A stretch of 63,253 bases of DNA, filler included, from Octopus bimaculoides (taxonomy: Eukaryota), in assembly GCF_001194135.2 (NCBI RefSeq). It is 5 parts of 5 records of this genome, joined end to end, with 100 filler letters (N's around TTAATTAATTAA, not from the genome) between each part and the next. Parts side by side here need not be neighbours in the genome. Positions count along the whole stretch, not along the records: positions 35,573 to 56,337 come from NC_068993.1; 4 more parts are not named here. One strand, written 5' to 3'. Made by a program: the position numbers and the translations under genes. Below are positions 35,622 through 49,536 of the stretch, piece after piece. Below the pieces are notes generated by a model. That model saw only the letters and a list, made by a program, of their open reading frames with translations. It did no database searches and had not been told where the DNA came from. The first letter of the stretch is position 1. Each line of letters starts with the position of its first letter.

Positions 35622-36739
35622 GTATTATATTTATATATGTGTGTATATATTCATATATGTACACACACATCTGTATGCATGCATTTATGTATGTGTGAGT
35701 GGTTGCTATAAACAAGTTTAAATTTGAGCAAAACTTTTGTGATGTCGCCATTCAGTGATTCAAAGTATCTGTGGTTGGTGATGGTGGTGGTGATGGTGGT
35801 GGTGGTGATGGTGTTGTTGGTGTGGTGTGGTGTGAAGTTAAGTATCTTGATGCCTCCTTGTAAAAAATATAAAGTCCCCAAATAAAGTGAGGTTTGGGAG
35901 AACAAACTGGTGAAAAAAGAGAAGACAAAAAACTAGCAAGTGGAGAAAAAATAGGGAAAAGAGAAAAGAGAGAGTGTGTGTGTGTGTTTGTGTTCATGAA
36001 GGGGGTTAGATAGCTATTAAGCTAGCAGGTGTAATGATGCTTTCTTTTGTATTTGGTCCTCATCATCTTTGCTATATATTTGGTATTGAGAAACAGGGCA
36101 AGACAGAGCGACAGGCATATTAGCAGGACACAAAATGGTATGTGGTAAGAAAAGAAAAAGAAATGAAAAAAAAAAAAATTTTTAATATATTAAATGAATA
36201 AAGAAGGACTTAGAGAAAAATGAAAATACTCATAATGTGAGACCAGTGTGTCCTGTCGCCTTCTCTTTACAATAGGCTTTTCACGTTTTGTTGGTGGGTT
36301 TCTATTTTTAATTTATAACGTTCATTCATGTCTTAACTTTCATTGAAAATATTCCAGATGATTTGAAATTTCTTTCAGGGATTGCAAAGCTCTTAATAGG
36401 GGTCACTATAATCCTCCACCCTAATTCATTTTATTTCATATTTAAAAAAAAAAAAAATAATGTATAAGCGGAAACAGAATTGCTCAGTCAGCAGTCTCTC
36501 TCTCTCTCTCTTTCCCTCTATTTTTCAATCCCTCACGCACACATACGCACTCAGACATGCACATGCACTACACATTGCATTCTAACTTTTAGTATTGTGT
36601 TGGTTGAGAGCATCTAGCTTGTCAAATAAATAAACAAACAAATGAATAAATAATGATGCAATTTTTTTTTAGACACTCTTATTGTTTGGAAAGATGATGA
36701 ATAAATGAAGAAATATGCAGCTATATGTATGTATATATA

Positions 36740-36770
<31 letters not shown>

Positions 36771-37111
36771 GTGTGTGTGTGTATTTATGTATATATTTAT
36801 GTATGTATATATATATATTTATGTGTATATTTATGTATATATATTTATATATTTATATATGTATATTTATGTATATATATGTATATATATATGTATATAT
36901 AGCTACATAAATTTTAAAACCTTCTCATTTATGGCTAGTGGACTCTCAAAGTAACAAAGAAGTATAAAATAAAATACATTAAAATACAGTATAATAAAAA
37001 TACACAAGAAAGAGAAATGATAGGAGATAGAAACGCCAAACTATATAACATTTTTATGTTGGTGACAAAGTTTCTAATAAACTATACTGGGAATGTATGA
37101 AGTTGAATTGA

Positions 37112-37164
<53 letters not shown>

Positions 37165-39649
37165 AGTAGTCTAATGGAACTCAGGGCTAAAGTCGAAAAG
37201 TTTCTGTTTTACTATTGTCTTTTTGTATCTTGTTTAATTTTGTCTTTTTACTATATTATTTTTATATTTTCATACATTTTCAGTGGTACCAAAGACCAAC
37301 ATGATAGATTAGGAAGTCTTCTGGGGTTGGATGGAGGTTTTTAATTCATGGAATAATTTTTGCTCTTCTGGAAGCTAATTAGGGGATTTTTTAAAAATAT
37401 CCAATCTTCATCAACACCATCATCATCATCATTATTATTATCATCATCATCATCATCATCATAAAAGTAGTGTGATCATTAATTGTCTATTGATTTCTGC
37501 ATAAATTCAAAACATCAACTATTTATGTCTACCTATTATATAAAAAAATAAAATATTTTATCATTATTCTCTTTTCACATCCACTACCAAACAAATACAC
37601 TTTATATACATATACACTTATTATGTGTGTGTACGTGTGTATGCACACATACACACACACATATGTATATATACATATATATATACACATGTGTATATAT
37701 ATATATATACATATGTATATAGATATACATATACATATGTACACATACATGTACACACCTTTGCACATATGTTATATTTCAATGGTTATTTTATTTATAA
37801 ATTTCTATCGCATTATTTGTCAATTTGTTTTTTGCTCTTTAGCTTTTTCCATTATTATTATTCTCACCAAACTTTCAACCTACCCTATATCATGTCCACC
37901 ACCTCCCTCTGCGTGTTTCCAAGGAAATATATTGGTGTGGAAAATTTCCTGAATGGCTTTCAACTTTGTGTTCCACAGTTAAATTTATAGACTTAAATCC
38001 ATGAACCATGAGAAACAGTAATATTTCAAAGTAATTATTTTTAAAAATAAACTAGAATAGATTCTATAAAGTTAATAAATGCAGTATGTAGTTCTTGTTG
38101 TTCTTGCATCAGTGACGGCCATTGTGTGTTCATGATGTTTTGTGTGTATATGCATGCATGTATGCGTGTGCCAGAGATTGTGGTGCAAGAGAAAAAGAGT
38201 GTTTGTTTGCGTTAAACTATTATTTGACTAAATATCTAATTACTTTCAAAATATTATTTTACACTGATTTTTATTCATTCCATATTAATTTCAAAGCTAT
38301 ATTAATTTCCTTTATATGAACAGATTAAAAGTCAAAATTTATTCCTCTATCACTTATACATACACAAGCTAGATAGGTAGACAGATACATACAAACACAT
38401 TTATTGAAACACCAATGTGAGGCTGAAAGTAATAATTTATTGAGTTTAAAAAATTAAATATCGTAGCTATATATATGTAATATTGAAAGCATTATTTTTT
38501 TGTTTTGTTTTGTTTTGCTTTTATAATTTATATAAATGAGAATGTGTTTAGAATGATTTTAGTTTTAATTCCTTTTATGTGGTTTAGTTGTGTGTGTGTA
38601 TGGTCTTTATTTTCACATACCACTGGAAAATTATAAATATGGATTCAACACTATCAAGGAAATAAGAGAAAAATCTACCAATGGATCGGGGGGGGGGGGC
38701 AATGCCTCTCTGTTGTATATAACACTCTCTTCCTCACATCTAGGTCAATGAACCAACTAAAAAGCCTATACCTAGTCTTTTTCCTTGCTAGAAATAGTAG
38801 CAAGTCTCTCTTTGATTACACCTACAAACTTACAAAATGGAGTACACTTTAGACAGTGTAGTATTTGAAGCATTATTGGATGATCATGGCTGGAACACAA
38901 CTAGCTTCATTCAACTCTTTGTGTGGTCCAGCTGTGACCATTCTAGAGGCTTCCTAAATCAGGGATGACCTAAGGCTAAACAGCAATAATATTAGCAACT
39001 ATTTCAACTGAGAAATGTAGACACTGCAACACTTTGAACAAGAAACCAAGCTAGCCTATAATGCTATTTGAACACATGACCCATGAGCTAGAACCCCAAT
39101 ATTTCATCCCCACTAATGATTTGATCAGAGTATGAATAACAGAGACCATTACATTTTAGAGTCTCTAAGACAAGCAGTGGAGAAAGGGAAGAAGAAAGAA
39201 TGACTCCTGGGTCACTGTAGTAGGAAGCAATACTTCCAGATGGTGAGCCATGAGTACTTAGACTAGAGTTCTGAGCCAAAAGCATGCAAAGGTGTGGACT
39301 ATGCTAATGTTATTCAAGGGCTAAGTAGTGGTGTAAAAAGATAGTCAGGTATACCATGAACTCAGTTTACTGTGTTTTCATGGTTCTGGCATTGAGACAA
39401 ATTAAATATGGCTTTCAAGAATTGCTTTGTATTTAAAATCTATACAAAAATTTGACTGGCAGCAAAATAAATCATTCATATTATAGCTGTTCTGCTGATA
39501 CCGGAACTCATTGGCTATTAATTTGCTTTAAGTTCAGTTTTCATTTCTTAAAAACACTGTATTAGAATGTGTGTGTGTGTGTATCTATCTATCTATCTAT
39601 ATATATATATATATATATCTATCTATCTATCTATTTTTATATATATGTA

Positions 39650-39829
39650 GGCACAGGTGTGGCTCTGTGGTAAGTAGTTAAGTAGTTTGTTTACCAACCA
39701 CATGGTTCCAGGTTCTGTCCCACTGCATGGCACCTTGGGCAAGTGTCTTCTACTATAGCCTGGGGCCGACCAAAGCCTTGTGAATGGATTTGGTAGACAG
39801 AAACTGAAAGAAGCCGCCCATCATATATA

Positions 39830-39868
<39 letters not shown>

Positions 39869-40070
39869 ATTTGTGTCCCCGCAACATCGTTTGACAACTC
39901 ATGTTGGTGTGTTTACATCCCCGTAACTTAACGGTTCAGCAAAAGAAACCGATAGAATAAGAAGTACTAGGCTTACAAAGAATAAGTCCTGGGGTCGATT
40001 TGCTCAAATAAAGTGGTGCTCCAGCATGGCTGCAGTCAAATGACTGAAACAAATAAAAGAATAAAAGAAT
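39650..40070 (+). mobile_element. tRNA-derived SINE (family B) with internal (GT)n and 3' body
   Basis: Head as at 19455; body GCTCCAGCATGGC.GCAGTCAAATGACTGAAAC; (AATAAAAG) tail. Body fragments also occur at ~28860-29060, 30480-30670, 31170-31345 and 32568-32620. Confidence 0.8.
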
Positions 40071-40750
40071 ATAGTGAGAGAGAGAGAGGGGGGGGGAGGG
40101 GGAGGTAGGCAGATAGATAAATAGCTAGATACACAAATAGATAGATAGATAGATAGATAGATGTGGCTGTATGGTTAGAAAGTTCACTTCTCAACCATGG
40201 AAGATGTATATTGTCTTTGTTTTCTATTTTACCTTTTAATTTTGTCTCCTGATTTTCTTAGTGTTTTACACTTTTGTGTTCTAATTCTGCAAGAATTGAC
40301 TTTGCTGTTCATCTCTCTGAGTTTATTAAAAGAAAGTACTTGTAAAATAGGGGGGGGNNNNNNNNNNNNNNNNNNNNNNNNNNNNNNNNNNNNNNNNNNN
40401 NNNNNNNNNNNNNNNNNNNNNNNNNNNNNNNNNNNNNNNNNNNNNNNNNNNNNNNNNNNNNNNNNNNNNNNNNNNNNNNNNNNNNNNNNNNNNNNNNNNN
40501 NNNNNNNNNNNNNNNNNNNNNNNNNNNNNNNNNNNNNNNNNNNNNNNNNNNNNNNNNNNNNNNNNNNNNNNNNNNNNNNNNNNNNNNNNNNNNNNNNNNN
40601 NNNNNNNNNNNNNNNNNNNNNNNNNNNNNNNNNNNNNNNNNNNNNNNNNNNNNNNNNNNNNNNNNNNNNNNNNNNNNNNNNNNNNNNNNNNNNNNNNNNN
40701 NNNNNNNNNNNNNNNNNNNNNNNNNNNNNNNNNNNNNNNNNNNNNNNNNN

Positions 40751-40787
<37 letters not shown>

Positions 40788-41298
40788 GGGATGAGGAAGT
40801 TATTATTGTCCTCCAACAGAGTTCTGTTGACAATAACATTTCCAGACCCCAATCTTCATACACCCCACACTTCACTCTAATGTGGTCCCAGATTTTTTGG
40901 CCTAAAGTAGAAGTTACTGATTAGCTGTCTTGAATTGTGTTTGGTTGTGGTGGGTGATGATTCAGAAGACCTGGCAAGGAACAAAAACAAGTCAAGGAGG
41001 TCTAGGCATGTTGTGTGTGTGCATGTCCATGTGTACGTACATACATGTGCATATGCATGCATGCATGTATGTGTATGCATATATATATATATATATGTAT
41101 GCTGCGTGTGTATATAATTTTGCATATGCACTGATATGATTGTACACTGTCATGTGAGTGTGAACATAATTGTTTGTATAATTGTATGTCGAACGGCATA
41201 AGTGATGGGTATGCACATTGTGTGTTCTATGTAAATCTGCATGCAGAGTGTGAATCTGCATGCAGAGTGCATCCTGGGAGTGTGAAAGTTGTCAGTTC

Positions 41299-41346
<48 letters not shown>

Positions 41347-42534
41347 CACTTTAGCATGGTAACAAAACTAACTCTAATCATTAGTATAAATATAATGATG
41401 TATATGATTGCATGTAGAACTTTCAAACTGCGTGTGTGTGTGTGTGTGTGTGTGTCGGAAAGAAAGAGGTGTATGTGTGTGTGTGTGTGTGNNNNNNNNN
41501 NNNNNNNNNNNNNNNNNNNNNNNNNNNNNNNNNNNNNNNNNNNNNNNNNNNNNNNNNNNNNNNNNNNNNNNNNNNNNNNNNNNNNNNNNNNNNNNNNNNN
41601 NNNNNNNNNNNNNNNNNNNNNNNNNNNNNNNNNNNNNNNNNNNNNNNNNNNNNNNNNNNNNNNNNNNNNNNNNNNNNNNNNNNNNNNNNNNNNNNNNNNN
41701 NNNNNNNNNNNNNNNNNNNNNNNNNNNNNNNNNNNNNNNNNNNNNNNNNNNNNNNNNNNNNNNNNNNNNNNNNNNNNNNNNNNNNNNNNNNNNNNNNNNN
41801 NNNNNNNNNNNNNNNNNNNNNNNNNNNNNNNNNNNNNNNNNNNNNNNNNNNNNNNNNNNNNNNNNNNNNNNNNNNNNNNNNNNNNNNNNNNNNNNNNNNN
41901 NNNNNNNNNNNNNNNNNNNNNNNNNNNNNNNNNNNNNNNNNNNNNNNNNNNNNNNNNNNNNNNNNNNNNNNNNNNNNNNNNNNNNNNNNNTATATTTTGT
42001 CTTTGTCATAATCTGTAATGCTGCACATACTGTGAGCAATTATTATAAAATGATTACAGCAAATTAGAAAAAGAAAGTCTGATAAAGCTGAACATCATAA
42101 CATCAATTTCCTCTGCAGACAGCATATAGCAAGCTATGGTGCAGTAATTGGTGCAGTGGAAGTGAATGATTTGCAGCAACTTTGTAACATTTTCTTCCTG
42201 ATTTTCAAATTGCGGGGAGTCCGTGTTCATTCAGTTAATAAATAATAAAAATATTAATCTGTGTGCATTTGTGAATGTGTGGATCTCTCTCTCCTCTCTC
42301 TCTTTCTGTCTGTCTCTCTGTCTCTGTATATATATGTTGGTGAATGTATGTGTGCATGCATGAATCTAGCTGGAATATGTTAAGTGTCTAAAAATGTGTG
42401 ATTATATGTGTCTTTATATGAATGTATGTATGTATGTATATTGTGTGTATATGTATGTGTTTGAATACTGGCAAGTGCTAGGTATTGGTATATGTGTGTA
42501 TAATTTTGTATATGTGTGTTTATCCATATATTAG

Positions 42535-42565
<31 letters not shown>

Positions 42566-42764
42566 AATCCACCAAAATGAAGAACAAATACAAGAAAAAC
42601 AATGCGAAGGTGTAGTACATGTAAAGTATTAGCAGACGCTCAAGGAAGGAAAGAAAGGTGGTTTTACATTTCAAGCAGAGCTCTTCTTCAGAAGCAGAGG
42701 AAAGTCCAATAGAAAAGGAAGACGGAGGAAGAAAATCACTAACAATTCACATGTAGTTTTATAT

Positions 42765-42965
42765 GCCAGTACCCGCCTGACTGGCCCTCGTGCCGGTGGC
42801 ACGTAAAAGCACCCACTACACTCCCGGAGGCATCCAGCTGTAGAAACTCTGCCAAATCAGATTGGAGCCTGGTGTTGCCTCCTGATCCACCAGTCCTCAG
42901 TCAAATCGTCCAACCCATGCTAGCATGGAAAGCGGACGTTAAATGACAATGATGATGATGATGAT
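42765..42965 (+). mobile_element. RTE-related 3'-end repeat with (GAT)n tail
   Basis: Matches 20106-20285. Confidence 0.8.
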
Positions 42966-43448
42966 ATATATATATATTCAAGTACTTCTACGTAATTAAA
43001 TGCATCAAATGCATGCATTGTTGAATAGAATCATATGCATATAATATTGAATGGATGTGTGCTTCACATGGAATGAAATATATGTCTGACTATATGAGAG
43101 TTGCATATGAATGTACAAGAAGAAAGAATATTTTAAAACTTTTAAAATAAAATATCACTTTAAATTGAATTATCTTAGTTTCTTCTGATATTTGTTATCG
43201 GTAGCAGAATATAAGGCCTGCCAGACTGTTGGTCTTTCTTGAAGAAGACGTTTAGTGTTTTGTTTTCATCTGATCATAATATTGGCTAATAATTTTGATA
43301 CTTTAATAAGAACTTAGTATAATGGGATATAGGATGAAGTGGTATAACAATAGTGTATATGTATGTATGTGTATAAATGCTCATATGTGAACATGATTAG
43401 ATGATATATAATGTAGCTTCAGACATGGCTGGATGGTCATCTCATTTA

Positions 43449-43666
43449 TGAGGGGGTACAGCAAAGTTCCTGGCTTTGGATAAAAGAAAATACAGGAGGG
43501 TCAGTTAATAATGATTTTATTCAACATATTTCCCTCTAATATTCACACACTTATTGCAGTAGTCCTTCCATTTTTCTAAGCCATGTAAAAGAACTCAGAG
43601 GGTTGGGCCTCCAACCAGGATTTTTTGCAATACCCTTAATGCTAGGAACTTTTCAGCACCCCCTCA
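43449..43666. mobile_element. Mariner-type MITE (~218 bp)
   Basis: Imperfect ~26-bp TIRs: TGAGGGGGTACAGCAAAGTTCCTGGC versus the reverse complement TGAGGGGGTGCTGAAAAGTTCCTAGC. TA precedes the left end. Confidence 0.75.
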
Positions 43667-43744
43667 CATACTGTGTACTGTCATGAGATCCTTAGTTTGA
43701 TCTCATCTTGAGTAAGTGCTCTTATCATGACCCAAAGTTTTTTG

Positions 43745-44003
43745 AGTGAAATTCAGTGGGCAGAAACTGGTTAAGCTGCCCAATGGCTCTTAGATAATCC
43801 TAGTTTTTTTAGTGAAATTCAGTGGGCAGAAACTGATTAAGCTGCCCAATGGCTCTTAGATAATANNNNNNNNNNNNNNNNNNNNNNNNNNNNNNNNNNN
43901 NNNNNNNNGTTAAGCTGCCCAATGGCTCTTAGATAATCCTAGTTTTTTTAGTGAAATTCAGTGGGCAGAAACTGATTAAGCTGCCCAATGGCTCTTAGAT
44001 AAT
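43745..44003. repeat. 66-bp tandem repeat; post-gap copy duplicates pre-gap sequence
   Basis: Period 66 (43745, 43811). 43909-44003 is identical to 43770-43865. Confidence 0.85.
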
Positions 44004-44021
44004 AAACTAAAATAACTAGGT

Positions 44022-44710
44022 GTGAGCAAAGCATTCGATGTTCCAGATACACCATACATCTGCATTGCTATCTTTGTTGTCATCATTACCACCATCATCA
44101 CTGTTCCTAGTATTGTCATCACTTATATGTCATCTACATTGTCATTGTTCGTACCAATGTCCTCATCACTTAGGTTGTGTACTTCATCAGTGTTCCTACT
44201 AATGTTGTCATCACTTTTGTCGTCTTGTTTCATCTCCATCGCTGTTGCCAATAGCATCATCGCTAATGTCATTACAATTATCTTCACGACCATCACAGTC
44301 TTTGTTGATCTCATCATTATCATCAAAGGTAATATTGCCATCATCATCGTCATCGTCATTGTCATCGTCATCATCACCATCATCACCATAGTCATTGTTT
44401 CCATCATCAACACTATCATCACTGCTATCATCATTATCATTTTTATTGTTACTGTTGTTGTCATTGTCATCGCTGTTGCCATCATCATCACTTGTACTGT
44501 TACTATTGTTACTGTTGTCACTTATTCTTTCACCGTCATCATTACCAGCTTTGCTTTCATCAACAGTCAACTTCACTGTCATTGTTGCCTTTAACATTGT
44601 AATCATCATCATCATCTTCATCATTATCAACATTGTCATCATCATCATCATCATCGTTATTTTCATCATTATCCTCAACATTGGCATCATCATCATCATC
44701 GTGACACTAC
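44022..44710. repeat. Degenerate (CAT/GAT)n-derived low-complexity tract
   Basis: Trinucleotide periodicity; several frames are open on both strands and the register shifts. Confidence 0.85.
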
Positions 44711-45400
44711 CAAATTCATATTCTTTCCTATAGGTTAGAGGAACCCCATTACCTTCTAGCCATCCTATAATAATGAAACCTAATAAATGAGATCTTTTAC
44801 TTCATTTGGTCCTACTGTCATCTACAGACATTCGTCTAACACTCAGATAGAAGATAATACTTAATATAATATTCAAATCCTTATAGTTTGAAACCTGAAT
44901 ACCATCAAAACATACAAAAGTCAAATATAATTTTCTAACTGCACTAATTCAAATTTTAGTTTTTGCTTTGCTACATTCAAGGCTGGCTTTGATTGCAAAT
45001 TTGTTTTAAGAAATATTTGCTCTAATATTTTACAGCTAGCTATGATTATAGCAAATCATAGAAAAGGACAGATAATAAGAGTTGATTCGGAACATTGGCA
45101 AGATTAGAATTAGAGAACTGGGTTTCTCATCATATGTAACAAATAAACAGACATCAATACATATGCACCCACAAATAAGTATATACACACATATACATAC
45201 ATGTACACATATTTATGTTGCATATACTTACATATATGCATATATATGCACATATATACACACATATCTATACATCTATATATGTGTGTGTGTGTGCATA
45301 TATGTATATAATTATGTGCATATACATGCGTGTGCATATGTATATTCATATATGCATATATATGTATATACATATATATGCATGTATATATACATATACA

Positions 45401-45506
<106 letters not shown>

Positions 45507-45839
45507 TACATGCACACATATACACGCGAATCTATTGCTTGTCTATTTATATTTCTCTGTAGGTCTTTCTTTCTCTTTCTCTCTCTCTGTCTCTCTCTGT
45601 ATATAGATAGATATATGTATGTATATATAGATATATATATGTATATATAGCTTTGGAAGTAAAATAATCCTTTATTTTCTACAAATTATGTAACTTTATT
45701 TTCAATTTCTTTCTCTTTCTCTTTTTTCTTTATGTCTTTGCATTCTTTCCTTCCTCTTTCCCACCCCCTTACATACAGATTCTTAAAAAGGAATAAAATA
45801 TATTATTTAATTTTGTTCTTTGAATATTATGAAAACAAA

Positions 45840-45871
<32 letters not shown>

Positions 45872-48505
45872 GGACACCACACACACACGCACGCACATGC
45901 TCGCACACATCAATACAATTAAAAGCATTTTTTTTTTCCCCTCCCGAAATGTTTAATTCATTTTTCCCATGTAACAATTTCAAAAATTAATAAATCAATG
46001 TGTTTTATTATCCCTCTCTTTATCTGCCACCCACACCTCCCGTCCCACTTCTGTCTCTGTCACTCTCCTCTTTCAATTTGCTTCTTAAAGCCTTGAATTT
46101 GTTCCAATTTCAATATATGAAACAAAACAATTGTTTGTGTTTTCTAAACAAAAATGACGTGGCTTGGGTTTCTGTCTTGGTGTAGGAATGGACACAATTC
46201 AAGACAATGTTTTATTTTATTTTAATTTTTGTTTTTAAAGTATTTGCTTAAAATTCTAATCTCTTATTACCATATTTCTGTCTGGCCATTTCAATATAGA
46301 ATTATATCTGCAGAATTTTACTGATAAGCTGGATTTTATTGTGAAGTACCGATTCAACTTATTTAATAATTGCATCTCTTAATAAATCTTGCCATATTGG
46401 CTATTGGAATCTAAGATTTTGTTTCTGTTGAAATATTTAACAAAAGAGAGAAAAAAAAATAACAACACTAAAAACAAGAACAAAAAATTAGTTAAAGCTT
46501 TAAAAATAGTTAGCTTGGGGGATTATATGAATAAACATTAGTTATTTTGTTTCTTGAAGATAATTCTTTCTTCACCTATAGTTGTGTTACTCAAAATGTG
46601 TGTGTGAGTGAGAGAGAGAGAGACTGGGTGTGTGTGTATGTGTGTGTGTATGTTTTGTTTTAATTCATGAAAATGTAATTAAATGCAAGAAAAATCTAGT
46701 GAATTTTTCCAATATCGATCAAAATAATCATTCTTGTGTTCTGAGATAGATATAGCAAAAATCTTCAAAGAAAGATCAGTTAATTAATAAACCAAAATAT
46801 TAAAAAATTGTCAAATTTTGCTGTGTAATTTGTGAAATTTTGTTTGAGTGTGTGCATCTAAGTGTAAGTGTGTGTGTACATGTCATATCACCAGTTCTAC
46901 CCCCCTCTCTCTCTCTCTCACTCCCCTTCCTTCCCTCCCCTCACCCTTTCCTGCCATAATATTGGATATTATATTCTCTTACTACATTTGCCTTTATCTT
47001 TACTGTTTTACCTTTTAAAGTGAAATGATATATGATATGATTTTTGCTGTAAGTTTCTGCAAGTCCCTTCCACATTTTGACGAAATGACAGGAAGGATTT
47101 TTTTTAAATATTAAAAAATACACATACATACAAAAGAAAGAAAAAAAAGAATACAGTAACCTTATTGGCATCTTTATATCTCAGTAACTCTTCTGTTTTA
47201 GAAGTTATTAAAATCCCAAGTTCCTAATATTTTCTATAAAATATTGTTGTCATCACAAGATAAAGTTCTTATCCGAAAGTTAGAGTTTGTGTAAGATTAT
47301 TTGTCCATTAGGAAATATAAATTCATTTCAAATATGAGAAAAGCACAAATCGCAAAATGGTTTTCATCACATGCATTTCATATATTTACATTTTTACACA
47401 CACACACACACACATATGCACTCACTCACACAGTCACATGCTCAGATATATTCCTATATATATATATATATATATTCATATACTTATTGCAGAACTAGTA
47501 CAACCCTAAGTTTACATTGCTTCTAATCTTATTTGATCTGTCTTAAAAATTTGAGAATTACTTTCTGATATATTAACAAAATATGACTTGAAAATAAAAT
47601 AAAATAAATGGTTCTTACATTTTGTTTTGTGTTTTGCTATTTTGGGAATGCTCAGCTTTGGATAACATCTCTCTCTGCTCCAGTTGAAGATACCAATGCA
47701 CTATATAGATGCATCGGAGTTGAGTATTGGTTTTCTGTTATCAATAAAAACCAATCTTGTATGAAAATCTGCTTATAAAACAGACCATAAGTTCTTTTCA
47801 ATAAAGAACACAGATCTTATCATAGATATTTTCGTTCATCTATAACCTGATTTCATATATCATTCTTGAATTCTTACAGTTTATGCAAGAACATTTTCTT
47901 TGTTACACTAACATCAACTTCAGACAGGGGAGGGTTTTTTAAAAAGTGCAGAAAGTAAAAATAATAATAGTAAATAAAAGGGAAAATTTTTTATCATAAT
48001 GTGGAATACTTTGTGTATAATTAAATATTTAACGCCCTTTAAATAACTTCAGTAAACAATTAGTACACATCATTATAAAAATGAGTTAATAAAAGGAAAA
48101 TATGTATCAGCTTTTTGTTCCTTGTAGTGATAAATGACCTGCTCTGCTGTTTACACAGACATGGGTTTGGTCAGTTCTATTATATATACATGCATATATG
48201 GGTACAGGATGTCAAAAAAACGTGAACAAAATGAAAAACGAGAGCATAAAAAAACAAAAACATGGAAAACGAACTTTTTTCGAACAACGAAAGAAGCAAA
48301 TAGAGAAATGAGACAGACAACATAAAGAATAATCCCTTCATCAGTTGTCCCCTGTTTTATCTACTCTGTGGTTCGAATGTTGGTACAAGACGCGACTTTG
48401 TTAAAACAGTCATTCCCACAAAGCAAATTAAATAAGATTTGGGATTTGCGGAGGGTTAAAGTGGTAACAAAAACAGGACAGTAAGAACAAAACAGTGAAC
48501 ATATA

Positions 48506-48549
<44 letters not shown>

Positions 48550-48754
48550 CTCTGATTACCTCCCCCTATCTAGAACTCTTTTTTACACACGGGAGCGAAG
48601 ACATGTTACAATACAAGTAGAGAAATTTGAAAAGACAACACGAAACCGGTTATTTCTCCAAATACAATGTTTATATACCCAAAATTTTATAGCATTTTTC
48701 TGACATAACAATTTAAATATATACTTTAACCATGTAACACAAGCNNNNNNNNNN

Positions 48755-48811
<57 letters not shown>

Positions 48812-49500
48812 TGAGAAAATACATACATATATGAAATTGGTCAATATACTTGCCATAGTATGCATTCTATTTTTGCTATTATTCATTTATTTATTTGTTT
48901 TTGCTTTTTCTAATAATGGATTTGTGGTAATTCTCAACATGAAAAATTGGTTGTTGATCTGGAAGGAGGAAAGCTATGTTAATGTTTCAATCAAATGGTT
49001 TGGATTAGTGTTTGCAACATTCATTGAGGGGTCAATACTCAATATTAATTCTGAGACTCTGTCTTTACATTTCGTACTTGTTCTATTGATTTAGGAAATC
49101 TTTTGGTTTAAACTTCTCTGAATGCGTACCTGGTACTTTAAATTTAGTATGAGTGAGAGAAATATATATAAGCATCGCATGTACACTCACAGGCTCACAC
49201 ACTGGTCTATATTGGTTGCATGATCTATAATTATATGTGTGTGTATGCATTCGCTTTATGCACTTTACCACAAGTATATAATGACTTGATATTAATTCAT
49301 AGGAAACACTGTACAGACACATTCCACACACATACATACATGCTTACATATAGAACAGACACATATGTTGGTAGATCGATCTGCAATTACTTGTACACAT
49401 GTGTGTGTGTGAGAGAGAGATTATTTCCTTTAGACTATTACCACAAGCATATATTGAACATTTAAATCTTTAATATTAATTCAGATAAATCACATCACAC

Positions 49501-49536
<36 letters not shown>

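Noticed and set aside
43745-44003. CRISPR-like or four-copy repeat array
   Set aside because: There are no unique spacers, the context is eukaryotic, and the post-gap copy is an exact overlap duplicate.
44022-44733. Asp/Asn-rich or hydrophobic ORFs as a biomineral- or membrane-type exon
   Set aside because: Frames are open on both strands, the acidic reading switches frame and hits stops, and no splice signals were found; it is a degenerate (GAT)n tract.
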